A program made the position numbers and the translations under genes. A stretch of DNA of 64,000 nt, from contig JAMWCF010000001.1 in the NCBI GenBank assembly GCA_023818695.1, positions 531,306 through 595,305 on the forward strand. The letters are read 5' to 3'. Below, piece by piece: positions 37,595 to 46,775 of the stretch (position 1 is the first letter of the stretch; every line of letters starts with the position of its first letter). Source of the stretch: Candidatus Omnitrophota bacterium (GTDB lineage: Bacteria > Omnitrophota > Gorgyraeia > 1-14-0-20-64-10). The notes beneath the pieces are model-generated. The model made no database searches. It saw only the letters and a program-made list of their open reading frames with translations, and was not told the DNA's origin.

Positions 37595-37735
37595 TTATGG
37601 CTTCAGGATCCGATAGAGCCCTGTTCCGCAGTCTGGGCACTTTCCTTTCATGGCAGGACGCCCGTTCTTCATTTCGACCTTCTTCGCGTCCTTCATCTCC
37701 TTCTTGGCTTTACACTTTACGCAATAGGCTTCCAT
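37595..37735 (-). CDS. 46-aa zinc-ribbon protein (DUF5679-like), not in the ORF track
   Basis: Hand translation gives MEAYCVKCKAKKEMKDAKKVEMKNGRPAMKGKCPDCGTGLYRILKP, stop TAA at 37597..37595. SD GAGGAGG lies 5 nt upstream of ATG 37735. Two CxxC pairs. A strong candidate promoter sits about 75 nt upstream. Confidence 0.75.
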   Translation of the reverse strand: MEAYCVKCKAKKEMKDAKKVEMKNGRPAMKGKCPDCGTGLYRILKP

Positions 37736-37812
37736 GAATCCTCCTCTGTCTTTCTTTATGATACATCAAACGGTTGCAAAACAGGAATACCCTCTATCGG
37801 CTGTGACACGGA

Positions 37813-37842
37813 AATTTATCACGGCGGCTCACCGCCTGTCAA
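37813..37842 (-). promoter_or_regulatory. candidate sigma70-type promoter of the zinc-ribbon/rsfS/argS/mfd unit
   Basis: Minus strand TTGACA (37842..37837, overlapping the upstream stop codon), 18-nt spacer ending in TGa, TAAATT (37818..37813). Confidence 0.5.
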
Positions 37843-38846
37843 GCAGACCGGTTCGCATCGTACTGTTCGCCGATCTCCCCCACGATCTCTTCCGTCAGGT
37901 CCTCCAGCGTCACCAGCCCCAGCACCCGTTTTTCGCGATCCACCACAATGGCGATCTGGGCCCGGTGCTTCTGAAAATCCTCCAGCAGGTCGATGACTCG
38001 CTTGTCCGGGGGCACCTCGAAAGGAGGGTGCAGCAGATCTTGAAGAACGATCAGCGTCCCTTCCCGCCACACGTGCAGAAGCTCTTGCGCATACAGGATG
38101 CCGATGATTCTGTCCGGTGCGTCGTGCTGATAAACCGGGATCCTGGAATGCCCCTCCTCCGTCAGGATCGAAAGGATCTGGTCGTGCGTGGCGGAGGAGG
38201 AAACCTTGACAATCCTCTCCCTGGGAATCATCACTGCTTCAACCTTCAGGTCGCCGAACTCGAAGATCCGGTGCAGAAGTTTCCTTTCATGCTCGCCCAG
38301 CACCCCTTCCCTCTTCCCGAGCTCGATCATCAGCTTCAGCTCCTCTTCCGTCACGAGGGGGGACCGGGCCGTCACCGGGACCCGCATCAATTTCAAAACG
38401 GCGTTGGTCAAGTTGGTCATCCACCGGCTGACCGGTTTGGAAACCCGAAGAAGCGCCCGCATCCCGGGGCCGACCGCCAAAGAAACCCTTTCGGTCGATC
38501 GGGCCGCGTAGATCTTCGGAACAATATCGGTAAAAAGCAGGACAATGCTGCCGGACAGCATGGAGGCCACAAAGACACCGAGATGCTCGCCCAGCCACAC
38601 CACGCAGGCGGCGGTGATAAGACTGGTGAGCGCAGCGTTGAGGAAGTTGCTCCAGACGAGGATCGTCGTGATCACCTGGTCCAGCTGGGCAACCAGATTG
38701 TGAACCAGCTTGGCCCCCGGCACGCCCCGCTCCACCATGTGATGCAGCCGGATTTTGGAAATACCGATCAGGGAGATCTCGGCCAGGGACATGAACGCGG
38801 AGATTCCTATAAAAAACAGGACGAGGATGATCTCGAAAAAACTCAT
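37839..38846 (-). CDS. CNNM/DUF21 + CBS-pair membrane protein (HlyC/CorC-type transporter family, no CorC_HlyC tail)
   Basis: Starts at an internal ATG overlapping the nadD stop (ATGA). MSFFEIILVLFFIGISAFMSLAEISLIG (DUF21), then two CBS-like repeats (VEAVMIPRERIV..., HSRIPVYQHDAPDRIIGILYAQELL, AQIAIVVDREKRVLGLVTLEDL). Confidence 0.8.
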   Translation of the reverse strand: MSFFEIILVLFFIGISAFMSLAEISLIGISKIRLHHMVERGVPGAKLVHNLVAQLDQVITTILVWSNFLNAALTSLITAACVVWLGEHLGVFVASMLSGSIVLLFTDIVPKIYAARSTERVSLAVGPGMRALLRVSKPVSRWMTNLTNAVLKLMRVPVTARSPLVTEEELKLMIELGKREGVLGEHERKLLHRIFEFGDLKVEAVMIPRERIVKVSSSATHDQILSILTEEGHSRIPVYQHDAPDRIIGILYAQELLHVWREGTLIVLQDLLHPPFEVPPDKRVIDLLEDFQKHRAQIAIVVDREKRVLGLVTLEDLTEEIVGEIGEQYDANRSA

Positions 38847-39412
38847 CGATACAACCCCTTGCTTTCGATGTAAGTCCTGACCGACTCCGGGACCAGACCC
38901 CGGACCGATTCTCCTTTTTGGATTTTTCGGCGGATTTCCGATGAAGAGATGTCCGGCGTCTGCACATGGAGGATTTTCAATCCGGCCGGCGGATCGGCGG
39001 CGTTGGATCCCGGGCGGGGGACCGCCGCAAAGGTCACAAGCTGGCGCAAACGGTCGATCTGCCGCCACGTGCCGAGCCCCTGGGCCGCATCCAGGCCGAG
39101 CAGGAAAAACCATTCGTGGCGGCCGGGCGTTTGCGCCTGAAGCTGTTGAACGGTATCGACGGAGTAGGAGGGAGGAGGTCTGTCGATCTCCGCACGGGAA
39201 ACAGTGAAAGCGGGATTGCCCTCAATGGCCAGCTGGATCATCCGGTACCGGTCTTCCGCCGACACCTTCCCCTCAACCGGCTTGAGCGGGTTGGCGGCGG
39301 CCGGAATCCAGACAACCCGGCCCAGGGGTATCTCCGTGAGGGCCCCCTCGGCCAATGCAAGATGCCCGTTGTGAACCGGATTGAATGTCCCGCCGAGCAG
39401 GCCAATCCTCAC
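38843..39412 (-). CDS. nadD: nicotinate-nucleotide adenylyltransferase
   Basis: MRIGLLGGTFNPVHNGHL and ISSSEIRRKI motifs. Confidence 0.9.
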   Translation of the reverse strand: MRIGLLGGTFNPVHNGHLALAEGALTEIPLGRVVWIPAAANPLKPVEGKVSAEDRYRMIQLAIEGNPAFTVSRAEIDRPPPSYSVDTVQQLQAQTPGRHEWFFLLGLDAAQGLGTWRQIDRLRQLVTFAAVPRPGSNAADPPAGLKILHVQTPDISSSEIRRKIQKGESVRGLVPESVRTYIESKGLYR

Positions 39413-40674
39413 GTGCGGATCTGTCCCCGGCCCACCACCACATACTTGTATGTGGTCAATTCCTCCAGCCCCATCGGTCCCCGGGCATGGAGTTTATCGG
39501 TCGATATCCCGATCTCCGCCCCCATCCCGAACTGGCCCCCGTCGGTGAAGCGGGTCGAGGCGTTGGCGTAGACGGCGGCAGAATCGACGCCGCGAAGGAA
39601 CGTCTCGGCGTTCTCTCTCGATTTTGTCACAATCGCTTCCGAATGGCCCGACCCGTACCGTCGGATATGATCCATCGCCTCCCGCAGTGAATCCACGACC
39701 TTGACGGAGAGGACCAGCGCCAGGTATTCCGTGGCCCAATCCTCTTTTGTGGCCGCTTTGACCGGAAACCCCCTCAGAAAGGAGCGGGCCTTCGGATCGA
39801 CCCGCAATTCCACGCCGGCCTCCACAAAGCGTTTGGCCATTTTCGGCAGAAACCGGGGCGCCGCCTTTTTATGGACCAGCATCGTCTCCATCGCGTTGCA
39901 GACGCCAGGCCGCTGGACTTTCGCGTTGAAGCAGATCTCTTCCGCCATTTTCAGATCCGCCTGGGCGTCCACGTAGGTGTGACAGATCCCCTTGTACTGT
40001 TTGATGACGGGAACCTTGGCCAGATCCACCACCCGCCGGATCAGCCCTTCCCCGCCCCTGGGAATGACCAGATCGACTAAACCGACCTGCCCCAGCAGAA
40101 TCTCCACCGCCCTGCGATCGGTGAGCGGGACCAAGTTGACGGCCCCCTTCGGCAACCCGGCTCCTAAAGCCGCTTTTTCCAACTGCCTGAAAATCGCCCG
40201 GTTGGAGTGGAACGCTTCCGAGCCCCCCCGCAGGATCACGCTGTTGCCCGCCTTGACGCACAAGCCGGCACAATCGGCGGTCACATTGGGCCTGGCCTCG
40301 TAGACGATGCCGATGACGCCGATGGGGACCCGAACTTTCCGAATCACCAGACCGTTGGGCCGTTTCCACTGGGCGACCACCTTGCCGACAGGATCTTCCA
40401 GCCGGGCGACGTCCCGCAGCCCCTGCGCCATCTCGGAAATCCTCTTCGCATTGAGCATCAGGCGGTCCAGTAGGGCTCCCCGCACACCTTTCTTTTCGGC
40501 CGCCTTCATATCTCTGGCGTTGGCCTTCAGAATCCCCTGGGACCCGAACTCGAGGCCGTCCGCCATGGCGACCAGGGCCCTGTTCTTCACATCCGAGGGG
40601 ATTCCCGTCAGAACAGACGACGCCTCTTTGGCTCTCCGCGTCAAATGCTCTATCGTCGCGCGCACCCGGTTCAT
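39409..40674 (-). CDS. proA: glutamate-5-semialdehyde dehydrogenase
   Basis: VIGIVYEARPNVT, ILRGGSEAFHSN, QRPGVCNAMETMLVH (catalytic Cys), SGHSEAIVT. Confidence 0.93.
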   Translation of the reverse strand: MNRVRATIEHLTRRAKEASSVLTGIPSDVKNRALVAMADGLEFGSQGILKANARDMKAAEKKGVRGALLDRLMLNAKRISEMAQGLRDVARLEDPVGKVVAQWKRPNGLVIRKVRVPIGVIGIVYEARPNVTADCAGLCVKAGNSVILRGGSEAFHSNRAIFRQLEKAALGAGLPKGAVNLVPLTDRRAVEILLGQVGLVDLVIPRGGEGLIRRVVDLAKVPVIKQYKGICHTYVDAQADLKMAEEICFNAKVQRPGVCNAMETMLVHKKAAPRFLPKMAKRFVEAGVELRVDPKARSFLRGFPVKAATKEDWATEYLALVLSVKVVDSLREAMDHIRRYGSGHSEAIVTKSRENAETFLRGVDSAAVYANASTRFTDGGQFGMGAEIGISTDKLHARGPMGLEELTTYKYVVVGRGQIRT

Positions 40675-40684
40675 ACCGCCGCTC

Positions 40685-41827
40685 CTAACCTTTTAAAATG
40701 ACAAGTGAATCCCGGTGAATAACCTCTTGCGCTTTGCGTCCAAGGAGAGATTCGATCGCCTCGCTTCGCAGCCCCTTGATCCTGGAGAGATCCTCCTGGG
40801 TATAATTGACCACGCCGCGGGCGAACTCCTCCCCCTTCTCATCGCAAACGCTTACCAGATCTCCCCGCCGAAAGCTTCCATCCACCTTCCTGACCCCGGA
40901 AGCCAGCAGCGACCTGCCTTTGGCCACCAATGCCTCTATCGCCCCGCTGTCCACCAGGATTGCTCCGGCCGGCCGGCCGGTGAAGGCCAGCCAGCGCTTC
41001 CGGGCCGCGATCCTCTCTTTCCCGGCCGGCAAAAAGAGGGTTCCGGACAACCGGTTCTCCAAAAGGATGGAGGTGAGAACCCCCGGCTTGGTCCCGTTGG
41101 CCAGGATCATAGGGATCCCGCAGGCGGTCACCTTCTTGGCCGCCTGGAGCTTGCTGGCCATGCCACCGGTGGAGGTGGGCTGTCCCGCCCCGCCCGCGAA
41201 GCTTTCCAACTCCGGCGTGATCCGCTTCACGATGGGAACCAGCTCTCTTTTTCCTTTCCCATCACGGCGCTCAAATCCATCGACATCGGTCAGAATCACC
41301 AGCAGTTGGGCGTCCATCAGATGGGCCACATGGACGGACAACTCATCGTTGTCCCCGAACCTGATTTCATCTACGGCGACGGTGTCGTTCTCATTGACGA
41401 CCGGCAGGATCTTTTCTTCCAGGAGGACCCTCATCGTCTGCCTGGCGTTGGCGTAGCGCTGGCGATGGGACATGTCGTCCCGAGTCAGCAGGATCTGCGC
41501 CACACCGATGCCGTGCCGCGCGAACCTCTCCGCGTAAACATGCATCAGGCGCCCCTGTCCGACCGCGGCCGCCGCCTGCAAGTGGGCCACATCCTTCGGT
41601 TTGGAACCCCAGCGCAGAACTCCCAAACCGGCCCCGATCGCCCCGGAGGTCACGAGGATGACCTGCCTGCCGCTGTTGAGCACACGGCTGATCCCCTCCA
41701 CGAGCTGATCGATGCGCGACAGGTCGAGCTGGTGGGTCTGGTTGGTCAAAACCCTTGTTCCCACCTTGACCACGAGCCGCCTGGCGGACTGAACCAAGCC
41801 CCCCATCGGATTGACCGAGTCAGACAC
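40685..41827 (-). CDS. proB: glutamate 5-kinase (with PUA domain)
   Basis: RLVVKVGTRVLT, VILVTSGAIGAG, NENDTVAVDEIRFGDNDELS, and a C-terminal PUA-like GAILVDSGAIEAL...GDLVSV. Confidence 0.93.
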   Translation of the reverse strand: MSDSVNPMGGLVQSARRLVVKVGTRVLTNQTHQLDLSRIDQLVEGISRVLNSGRQVILVTSGAIGAGLGVLRWGSKPKDVAHLQAAAAVGQGRLMHVYAERFARHGIGVAQILLTRDDMSHRQRYANARQTMRVLLEEKILPVVNENDTVAVDEIRFGDNDELSVHVAHLMDAQLLVILTDVDGFERRDGKGKRELVPIVKRITPELESFAGGAGQPTSTGGMASKLQAAKKVTACGIPMILANGTKPGVLTSILLENRLSGTLFLPAGKERIAARKRWLAFTGRPAGAILVDSGAIEALVAKGRSLLASGVRKVDGSFRRGDLVSVCDEKGEEFARGVVNYTQEDLSRIKGLRSEAIESLLGRKAQEVIHRDSLVILKG

Positions 41828-42833
41828 GGGAACCCCTCGTCAGTTTTTTCGAAACCGCCTTCAGCAATTCAGGAACCCCTTGGCCTGTCTTCGCCGAGAT
41901 CGGAACCATAGACACTTTAACATGTTGCCGAAACCTCTTCATCTGTCTTTCCGCTTCGGGACAGTCCATCTTGTTGGCCGCCACTACAACCGGCTTCTTG
42001 AGGATGGCCGGCTGATAAGATTTCAGCTCCTCCCGGAGGGTATGATAATCCTCCACCGGATCCTGGCCGTCGGAAGCAGCCATGTCGATAAGGTGGATCA
42101 GGACCCGGGTCCGTTCGATGTGCCTTAAAAACCCCAACCCGAGCCCCCGCCCCTCATGGGCCCCCCGGATAAGGCCCGGCACGTCCACAGCCACGATCTG
42201 GACGCCGGTCGGCAGGTGGACCGAGCCCAGCACCGGCTGAAGGGTGGTGAACGGGAAAGAGGCCACTTTCGGCCTGGCTTTGGAGATCTGGCCGATCAAG
42301 GTGGATTTGCCGGCGTTGGGCATGCCGATGATCCCGACATCGGCCAGCAGTTTCAGTTCAAAGCGCAGCCGTCTTTTTTCGCCGGCAGCCCCTTCCAGAA
42401 ACTCGGTGGAATGCTTGACATGAAGATCCTTGGAACGGGCTCTGGAGCCGTTGCCGACGCCTCCCGCTCCGCCCTTGGCCACCACCACGCTGTCACCCGG
42501 CCGGAGGATCTCCCTGATGAGATCCTGCGAATCGTCGTCATAGACAAGGGTCCCGAGCGGAACCTGGAGGATACAATCCGAGCCGCGGGCCCCCATCTGC
42601 CGTTTGCTGGAACCGTTGCCGCCTGAACCGGCCCGGAAATGCCTTTGGGTTTGAAAATCGAGAAGGGTTGAAAGCTGAGGGTTCGCTTGGACGATCACAT
42701 CCCCGCCCCGGCCGCCGTTGCCGCCGTCGGGAACGGGATGCCGCGTCCACATGTCACGGTAATGGGAATGAACCCCGTTTCCGCCGCGGCCGGCTTCCAC
42801 ACGAACGACGGCCTGATCGACAAAACGGCTCAT
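41820..42833 (-). CDS. obg: GTPase Obg
   Basis: MSRFVDQAVVRVEAGRGGNG Obg fold. G1 IIGMPNAGKSTL, G3 DVPGLIRGA, G4 AANKMD. Confidence 0.93.
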   Translation of the reverse strand: MSRFVDQAVVRVEAGRGGNGVHSHYRDMWTRHPVPDGGNGGRGGDVIVQANPQLSTLLDFQTQRHFRAGSGGNGSSKRQMGARGSDCILQVPLGTLVYDDDSQDLIREILRPGDSVVVAKGGAGGVGNGSRARSKDLHVKHSTEFLEGAAGEKRRLRFELKLLADVGIIGMPNAGKSTLIGQISKARPKVASFPFTTLQPVLGSVHLPTGVQIVAVDVPGLIRGAHEGRGLGLGFLRHIERTRVLIHLIDMAASDGQDPVEDYHTLREELKSYQPAILKKPVVVAANKMDCPEAERQMKRFRQHVKVSMVPISAKTGQGVPELLKAVSKKLTRGSRV

Positions 42834-42882
42834 CGGGAGAGAGCTTCCGGCCGCTCACAAAAAACAGAGCGGCGGGAGACGA

Positions 42883-43125
42883 TCATTCGGGCTGGATAGC
42901 GACAACCCTGGGCTTCGGAAAGACGATGGTCCCGCTCCGGAGGGCGAAAAGAGTGTCATCCTTGCCCTTGCCGACATTCAGGCCGGCCCTGAAACGGGTG
43001 CCGCGCTGACGCAGCAGGATGGAACCAGCGGTGACGTACTGGCCGCCGAATGCTTTCCATCCCAGCCTTTGCGCGTTGGAATCGCGGCCGTTACGGGAAG
43101 AACCCTGCGCTTTAGTGTGTGCCAT
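42883..43125 (-). CDS. rpmA: 50S ribosomal protein L27
   Basis: [52 protein letters not shown]. Confidence 0.93.
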   Translation of the reverse strand: MAHTKAQGSSRNGRDSNAQRLGWKAFGGQYVTAGSILLRQRGTRFRAGLNVGKGKDDTLFALRSGTIVFPKPRVVAIQPE

Positions 43126-43435
43126 TGGTCACAATCTCCACAACCTTAAGACGGGTCAGCTGCTGGCGGTGGCCAACCTTTCGGTGGTATCCCTTTCTTC
43201 GCTTGAAGGTGAAATTGACCATCTTTTCACCCTTGGTCTGGCCCAGGATCTCGGCAACGACCGCCGCCCCCTTCAACACCGGACGGCCGATATGGAATTT
43301 CTCCTCGGTCCGGACAGCCAGGACATCCTCCAAACGAATCTGGGATCCGACCTCTCCTTCCAACCGCTCTACTTCCAACACCGTGCCGGGATTGACTTTA
43401 TATTGTTTACCGCCCGTGGCGACAATCGCGTACAT
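43112..43435 (-). CDS. rplU: 50S ribosomal protein L21
   Basis: [17 protein letters not shown] from ATG 43435. The track TTG at 43444 adds 3 non-conserved residues. Confidence 0.92.
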   Translation of the reverse strand: MYAIVATGGKQYKVNPGTVLEVERLEGEVGSQIRLEDVLAVRTEEKFHIGRPVLKGAAVVAEILGQTKGEKMVNFTFKRRKGYHRKVGHRQQLTRLKVVEIVTNGTH

Positions 43436-43444
43436 AGTAGGCAA

Positions 43445-43473
43445 AGTTTATCACGCCTTCCCCGGAAAGGCAA
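43445..43473 (-). promoter_or_regulatory. candidate extended -10 promoter of rplU-rpmA-obg, with the -10 hexamer 9 nt from the ATG
   Basis: Minus strand TTGCCT (43473..43468), 17 nt ending in TGa, TAAACT (43450..43445), ttgcctact, ATG (43435). Confidence 0.4.
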
Positions 43474-43493
43474 GCTTGTTTAGGAAAAGGGCC

Positions 43494-43982
43494 CTACTCG
43501 ATGGGGGTTCCGGTATCGTCCGTCCCCACCCGGATAATGCCGGTTTCGTCCACGTAAAACTCCCTCACCCCGGTCACTCCGCTGATTTCCGGCGTGGCCA
43601 CCAGTTCGTATTGGTTCTCATTGATGAACTCATACTCGAAAATGTAGCCCCTTCGGGTGCCATCCACCAGAGTTTCATCCAGATAAGCCGGCACGACATC
43701 GCCCAGAAACGACATCTCATCCGGATAGGTCGGCGGCGTCTGGGCGGAGCGGTAACTTTCCAAAGCCGAGGAGAGTGTCCGGCAGGTTGAGATGGAAACC
43801 ATCTCGTTCGCGGTCACCCGGGCGCGGGCAAAACCGGGGAAAGCCAAAGCGGCCAGCATCGCAATAATCCCCATAACCAGCAGAATCTCCACCAGCGTAA
43901 AACCATTCCTTCTTCCCGGCCCTTTTTTCATGTTCCCGCTCTTGATAAGAAAAAAGAAATCGCTACAACCTTCTGTATCCAT
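43494..43982 (-). CDS. type IV pilin / pseudopilin-like protein (paralog of the major pilin at 57426..57866)
   Basis: Prepilin motif RRNG|FTLVEILLVMGIIAMLAALAFPGF with Glu at +5. The C-terminus IRVGTDDTGTPIE is shared with the other pilin. ATG 43982 has SD AAGGAGG 8 nt upstream. The alternative ATG 43931 (MKKGPGRRNGF) would give a conventional short leader. Confidence 0.85.
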   Translation of the reverse strand: MDTEGCSDFFFLIKSGNMKKGPGRRNGFTLVEILLVMGIIAMLAALAFPGFARARVTANEMVSISTCRTLSSALESYRSAQTPPTYPDEMSFLGDVVPAYLDETLVDGTRRGYIFEYEFINENQYELVATPEISGVTGVREFYVDETGIIRVGTDDTGTPIE

Positions 43983-44054
43983 TGCAATTACCTCCTTCTC
44001 AACCCCCCGCCATGAACGATAAATAAAAGACGCACAAGGGATTGCCCACTATTA

Positions 44055-44060
44055 ATTATA
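44055..44060 (-). promoter_or_regulatory. perfect TATAAT -10 hexamer upstream of the pilin paralog
   Basis: Minus strand gacgggTATAATtaat. No convincing -35. It lies between the terminator at 44117..44150 and the pilin SD. Confidence 0.3.
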
Positions 44061-44116
44061 CCCGTCTTTAAGCGGATCCGGACAGCTCCAATCCTTCTTC
44101 CCATGGCAAAAAGGCG

Positions 44117-44150
44117 AAAAAAAGACAGATGAAGCGTTTAATGCCTCATC
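44117..44150 (-). terminator. intrinsic terminator after the TPR/peptidase gene
   Basis: Minus-strand RNA GAUGAGGC-auuaaac-GCUUCAUC (8 bp including one G.U, which would be an A.C mismatch on the plus strand), then ugucUUUUUUU (A-run 44117-44123 on plus). Confidence 0.55.
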
Positions 44151-44199
44151 CTCACCTGAAAAAAGATTTATTTCTACTAATAATAAGTTGGACATTGTC

Positions 44200-45252
44200 T
44201 CAATAGTTCCTTTTGACCCATGCAATCCACGCTTTTTCCACAAGAGCCGGATCGGTCTTGTACTCCCGCCGGATCGCATCCTGGATCGAGTAACCCTGCC
44301 CCAGCAACTTGAGCAGGGAGACCATCCGGCTCCACCCCCATCTTTTGACGAGGTAGGCGGCCATCAGGTACGCCTGCTGATATTGCAGATGAAGCTCCTG
44401 CGGTTTGTATGGCTGGTTCCAGAACTGATCCCAGGCATACAGGCGATCCGATTCAACGGCCTGGTGAAACCGCTCCAGCGAAATTTCCCAGACCCGAGAC
44501 TCCTGTAGTGTGGCCAATCCCTCATTGAGCCAGATGGGACAACCCCCTTTCGAAAGGTCCTGCACAACGGCATGGGTGTATTCATGCCACAGGACCCTTT
44601 TGAGCTCCGCGAAAACCGGCCGGGAGTTGCGCTCTTGGGGAACCGGAAGGCGGATCTTTCCGTCATACATGCCGCCGAGCTGGTGGGCCGCTTTCCGGAT
44701 CTGTTCAAAAGCCCCCTCGGGATAAAGGATCACGGTAATCGGATGTTCCGGGAAATAGCCGAACTGCTGGCCTACTTCCCGGTAGACGTCGCGAAGCGTC
44801 TGGCGCAGACTCCCGATGTCGACCGGCAGTCCCTCTTCGGCGAAGCGGACGACAAACGGATGGGTGTCGCTTCTGGCCAGGTCCTGCTCGATTTTCGACT
44901 CCACTTCAAGCTGGGCGACTCTCTGACGGATATCCTGACGGGAGGGGGCGAGCTTCAACGCCTTCTGCCAGGATTCTTTGGCTTTGGTCAAATCCTGCTT
45001 AAGGTAATACAGCTCCCCCAGCAAAAAATGGGCATCCACATGGTTTGGATTTTCCACAACCGCCTTTTTGGCATGCCTCAAGGCATCATCCAGCCGCCTG
45101 TCCTGGTAAGCCACCACGGCATCGGTGAAGGAGGAACCCTCCTCCCGGGCGGACACCGGATTGTTTTGAAAACCACAGAGGATTGCCGTAAACAGGAGAA
45201 TGGACACCCTCCCGCGGGATTCCCTGCGCCATCGAATGTGGAAAGAACTCAT
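44200..45252 (-). CDS. secreted TPR-repeat + peptidase-MA-like (HExxH) protein
   Basis: Signal-like N-terminus (VSILLFTAILCG). TPR units (DAHFLLGELYYLKQDLTKAKESWQKALKLAP). Zinc motif VLWHEYTHAVVQD followed by IWLNEGLATLQE. Confidence 0.7.
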   Translation of the reverse strand: MSSFHIRWRRESRGRVSILLFTAILCGFQNNPVSAREEGSSFTDAVVAYQDRRLDDALRHAKKAVVENPNHVDAHFLLGELYYLKQDLTKAKESWQKALKLAPSRQDIRQRVAQLEVESKIEQDLARSDTHPFVVRFAEEGLPVDIGSLRQTLRDVYREVGQQFGYFPEHPITVILYPEGAFEQIRKAAHQLGGMYDGKIRLPVPQERNSRPVFAELKRVLWHEYTHAVVQDLSKGGCPIWLNEGLATLQESRVWEISLERFHQAVESDRLYAWDQFWNQPYKPQELHLQYQQAYLMAAYLVKRWGWSRMVSLLKLLGQGYSIQDAIRREYKTDPALVEKAWIAWVKRNY

Positions 45253-46775
45253 CTGCCGGCGGTCTTGGCGTCCTCCAGGGGCTGCACCTTGACCATCTCT
45301 AAAGGAACGGAAGGATCCGGTTTGACGATCACCCGCCCCTTGTACTGGGACTCTATCGCGGCGATCGAGTCCCTGTCCTCATTGAAGAGGCGCGAGGCCA
45401 GGTCGGGGTGAACCACCACCTCCACCGCCTGCTTTCTGGAACTCTGGAAAACCCTCTTGATCTGCCTCAACGCCAGAATCGAAACGGTCAGGACCGAACG
45501 GATCTTTCCCCGCCCCAGGCAGGTCGGACATTCCTGAAAAGAGACCGACTCCAGGGACCGCCGGACCCTTTGCCTGGTCATCTCCACTAGGCCGAACTCG
45601 GACAGGAAGCTGACGTTGGTCTTTGCCCGGTCCTTGCGCAAAGCGTTCTGGAGGGTATTGAAGACCCTCTGTTTGTGGGACTGCGAATTCATGTCGATGA
45701 AGTCGAAAATCAGAATCCCGCCCAGATCCCGCAAACGGATCTGCCGGGCGATCTCCTTGGCGGCCTCCATGTTGGTGACGAAAGCCGTTTCCTCCAGATT
45801 CTTCCTACCGGTGAACTTGCCGCTGTTGACATCGATCGCTACCAGCCCCTCCGTCGGCTCTATCACCAGATAGCCGCCGCTTGGCAGCTCCACCTTGCGG
45901 TTGTAAATCTTCTCGATCTCCTTCTCCAGCCCCCTCTTCTCGAAGAGAGGGATCTCATCCCTGTACAGTTCGACCCTGGAACGCATGTGGGGTTCCGTCT
46001 GGATGAGGAAACGCTGCAGCTGTTGGTACTCCGCTCTGGAATCCAGGATGATTTTTTTCACATCCTCGGAGAGGTTGTCCCTGACGATCCGCAGCGGCAG
46101 GTCATACTCCTCATGAATCAACGCCGGCGCCGTCGCCCGGACGGACCGCACCTTGACCCTCTTCCACAGGGAAAGCAGAAACCGCAGATCCCGCGAAAGC
46201 TGCTTCCGGTCGGCCCCGTCGGCGGCCGTCCGCACGATGATCCCCATATCCCGGGGCGCGTGAAGTTCCTTCATCAGCGTCCGGAGCCGCTCCCTTTCCT
46301 TGGGATCATCGATCCTCTTGGAGATGCCGAAGGTGTCGTCCAGCGGCATCAGGACGATGAACCGTCCCGGCAGCGTCAAGTGGGTTGACAAGCGTGGCCC
46401 TTTGGTCCCCATCGGCTCCTTGATGACCTGCACCAGAATCTCCTGGCCAATCCTCACCAGATCCTGGATCCGGGGCATCTGGGAACCGGACAGGTGGGGC
46501 GCCGGAGACGGTGAACCCTCCAGCGGCACCGATTCCTCAACTTCCGGAGAAGGACCAACGATATCGGTCAGATAGAGGAAGCCGTTCTTCCCGATCCCCA
46601 AATCGACGAAAGCGGCCCGGATTCCCGGCACGATGGAGGTCACCTTCCCCTTGTAGATGTTCCCCAGAAGGGGGACGGGCGACGACCTCTCCACATAAAA
46701 CTCTTCAAAAACGCCGTCCTGGAGAACCGCTACTCGGGTCTCCATCGGCTCCACGTTGATAAAAAGCTCTTTCAT
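45249..46775 (-). CDS. rng: ribonuclease G/E family (Rne/Rng) endoribonuclease
   Basis: MKELFINVEPMETRVAVLQDG, S1 domain GNIYKGKVTSIVPGIRAAFVDLG, catalytic AIDVNSGKFTG, IIFDFIDM, and a CPTCLGRG zinc-link. Confidence 0.9.
   Translation of the reverse strand: MKELFINVEPMETRVAVLQDGVFEEFYVERSSPVPLLGNIYKGKVTSIVPGIRAAFVDLGIGKNGFLYLTDIVGPSPEVEESVPLEGSPSPAPHLSGSQMPRIQDLVRIGQEILVQVIKEPMGTKGPRLSTHLTLPGRFIVLMPLDDTFGISKRIDDPKERERLRTLMKELHAPRDMGIIVRTAADGADRKQLSRDLRFLLSLWKRVKVRSVRATAPALIHEEYDLPLRIVRDNLSEDVKKIILDSRAEYQQLQRFLIQTEPHMRSRVELYRDEIPLFEKRGLEKEIEKIYNRKVELPSGGYLVIEPTEGLVAIDVNSGKFTGRKNLEETAFVTNMEAAKEIARQIRLRDLGGILIFDFIDMNSQSHKQRVFNTLQNALRKDRAKTNVSFLSEFGLVEMTRQRVRRSLESVSFQECPTCLGRGKIRSVLTVSILALRQIKRVFQSSRKQAVEVVVHPDLASRLFNEDRDSIAAIESQYKGRVIVKPDPSVPLEMVKVQPLEDAKTAGR

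Noticed and set aside
44052-44279. 75-aa minus-strand ORF upstream of the pilin paralog
   Set aside because: It starts inside the 3' end of the TPR/peptidase gene and runs across the terminator hairpin and U-tract (44117..44150). It is most likely non-coding.
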